Position numbers and translations under genes: made by a program
Notes under the pieces: generated by a model
Seen by the model: only the letters and a program-made list of their open reading frames with translations
Database searches by the model: none
What the model was told of the DNA's origin: nothing
Assembly: GCA_028023455.1 (NCBI GenBank)
Contig: JAQFVV010000009.1
Span: 1,674,001-1,738,000 of the forward strand
DNA length: 64,000 nucleotides
Direction: 5' to 3'
Source of the DNA: Epiperipatus broadwayi
Taxonomy: Eukaryota > Animalia > Onychophora
Shown: in pieces, positions 62,530 through 64,000 of the stretch
Position numbering within the stretch: position 1 is the stretch's first letter
Layout of the letters: the number at the start of each line of letters is the position of its first letter

Positions 62530-64000
62530 GCAATAATCCCTAATATTTTCCAGGTGAAAATGGCTAAGCTATTTCAGCATATGGAAGAGTGATCCCTTAT
62601 TTCAATGACATTTTGATTGTTGTGAACTCAGAAGAGAATCTACAAAAATCTATAAGAAACTTGAGGCTATGAGAACAAGAATAAATGCAGATAAATATAT
62701 TTAGATCACAAAGAATTTAAGTTTTCAGGCATATAATTTCACAGCACAATAAAAAACCTGATTTGAATAAGGTCAAAGCTGTGCAGAATGCTCCGAGACC
62801 AAGAAGTTGTAAAGAATTACAGGCATTTCTTGGTCTAATAAATTTCTTTGAAGTTTTATTAAAGCATGTTCAACTTAGCTCTTGTATAATTTATTAAAAT
62901 AAAGACCGAAGTGGAGTTGGAAGGTGGCCATGAGAAAACCTCCAAACAAATTAAAATGCTGCTCTCATTGGAAAATTTATTAGTCCATTATGATAACAAT
63001 CTTAAAATTATCCTCCAGTGCAAGGAGTCAAGTAGAATTGGTGTAATTTTGAGCCATTCAGAGTTTAATAAAAATTGCTTATGCTTTAAGAGCATTATCC
63101 GGTGACAAGAGAAACTAGTCAAATAAAGATGCTTTCACTTTTTTTCTTCATCAAAAAGTTTCATCAGTATTTGCAGGGGTACTCTTTTGAACTGACTGCT
63201 GATCACAAATTGCTATTAGGAATTTTTTCAAAGAACATAACAGTATTGATCCTCAGGATGTTATACTACAGAAATTTACTATCTGAATACAATTTTAAAC
63301 TGGCTTTTCACAAAGAAAGCGCAATACAGCATGCAGATGTCTCTTGAGAGATCAAAAAAGAAAATGAGTTTATAATAATGGTATAGGGATAAATTGTTGA
63401 ACAGAATGAAATTCAAAAATGTTACACTATTGCAAATTAGACAATAAATTATCAAGATCTTCAACCATTCAGAACTGGATAAGGAATTGTTGGCGAACCA
63501 TCACCAAAAAATTCTTTGTAAGATTTTTTTGGGCATCTAGAGAAACTCTATTTGCAAAGATTGCATGGTGATGGGAGATAAATTTTTTATACCTATAGCA
63601 AGATGTGAAAAAATATCAATTAGTAATTGATAGAGTAAAAACTTTAGCTCAAGTATATATATGGTGACTGTTAAATGAACAAATAGAAAGTTATGTTGAA
63701 AAATTGTAAATTTTACCTAACAGTACTACTGATTTCTACAAAGAGATTTACTGTGTGGCCAAGCATTGTGAAATCTTGGAGTAGGATACAAATGGATCAC
63801 ATAAGGTCATACATGAGCCATTTGTTTCTTACAGTTATAGATGTATATTCAAGGTGACTGGAATATAAAATAGTAAAGAGCACAAATCCAGAGGAAACTA
63901 CTTCAAGATAATGTAAATCTTTGCATATCAGTTATCGTGACATCATCATGACAATAAGGGAATGGGATTTATTTCCAAAAATTTAGTTTCTACAAAAGGG
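62530..64000 (+). mobile_element. Decayed Ty3/Gypsy pol remnant, 3' part (RT, RNase H, integrase start)
   Basis: KVKAVQNAPRPRSCKELQAFLGLINFF; IKKFHQYLQGYSFELTADHKLLLGIFS; LLSEYNFKL...HADV; a WSRI.MDH...LFLTVIDVYS-like integrase start near 63780. Confidence 0.85.

Overview
This is AT-rich, strongly CpG-depleted eukaryotic genomic DNA with very long introns, probably from an invertebrate animal (arthropod-like; taxon is inference). One host gene is recognisable: SPRYD7 on the + strand, with coding exon 1 at 26981-27092 and exon 2 at 56315-56431 separated by a ~29 kb phase-1 intron. The ORF track misses both exons. The rest is mostly transposon debris: Ty3/Gypsy pol, gag and LTR remnants, several hAT derivatives, decayed LINEs, MITEs and a tRNA-Gly SINE. 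The most interesting signal is a ribozyme-bearing retroelement system. (i) A young Penelope-like element (RT C-terminus + GIY-YIG) sits as a head-to-head dimer inside a 14-bp target-site duplication; its 3' region carries a tRNA-like Pol III cassette directly upstream of a minimal hammerhead ribozyme. (ii) A non-coding, hairpin-rich ~455-460-nt unit with a variant type I hammerhead occurs as longer-than-unit, circularly permuted copies at 25.3-26.2 kb and 60.8-61.4 kb, as a partial copy at 47.2-47.6 kb, and as diverged relatives at 13, 23 and 49.9 kb. Nearly every copy has the same inverted two-arm architecture, and three inserts have 12-14 bp TSDs. All calls were made by eye and from recalled family motifs; no database search or folding program was run.
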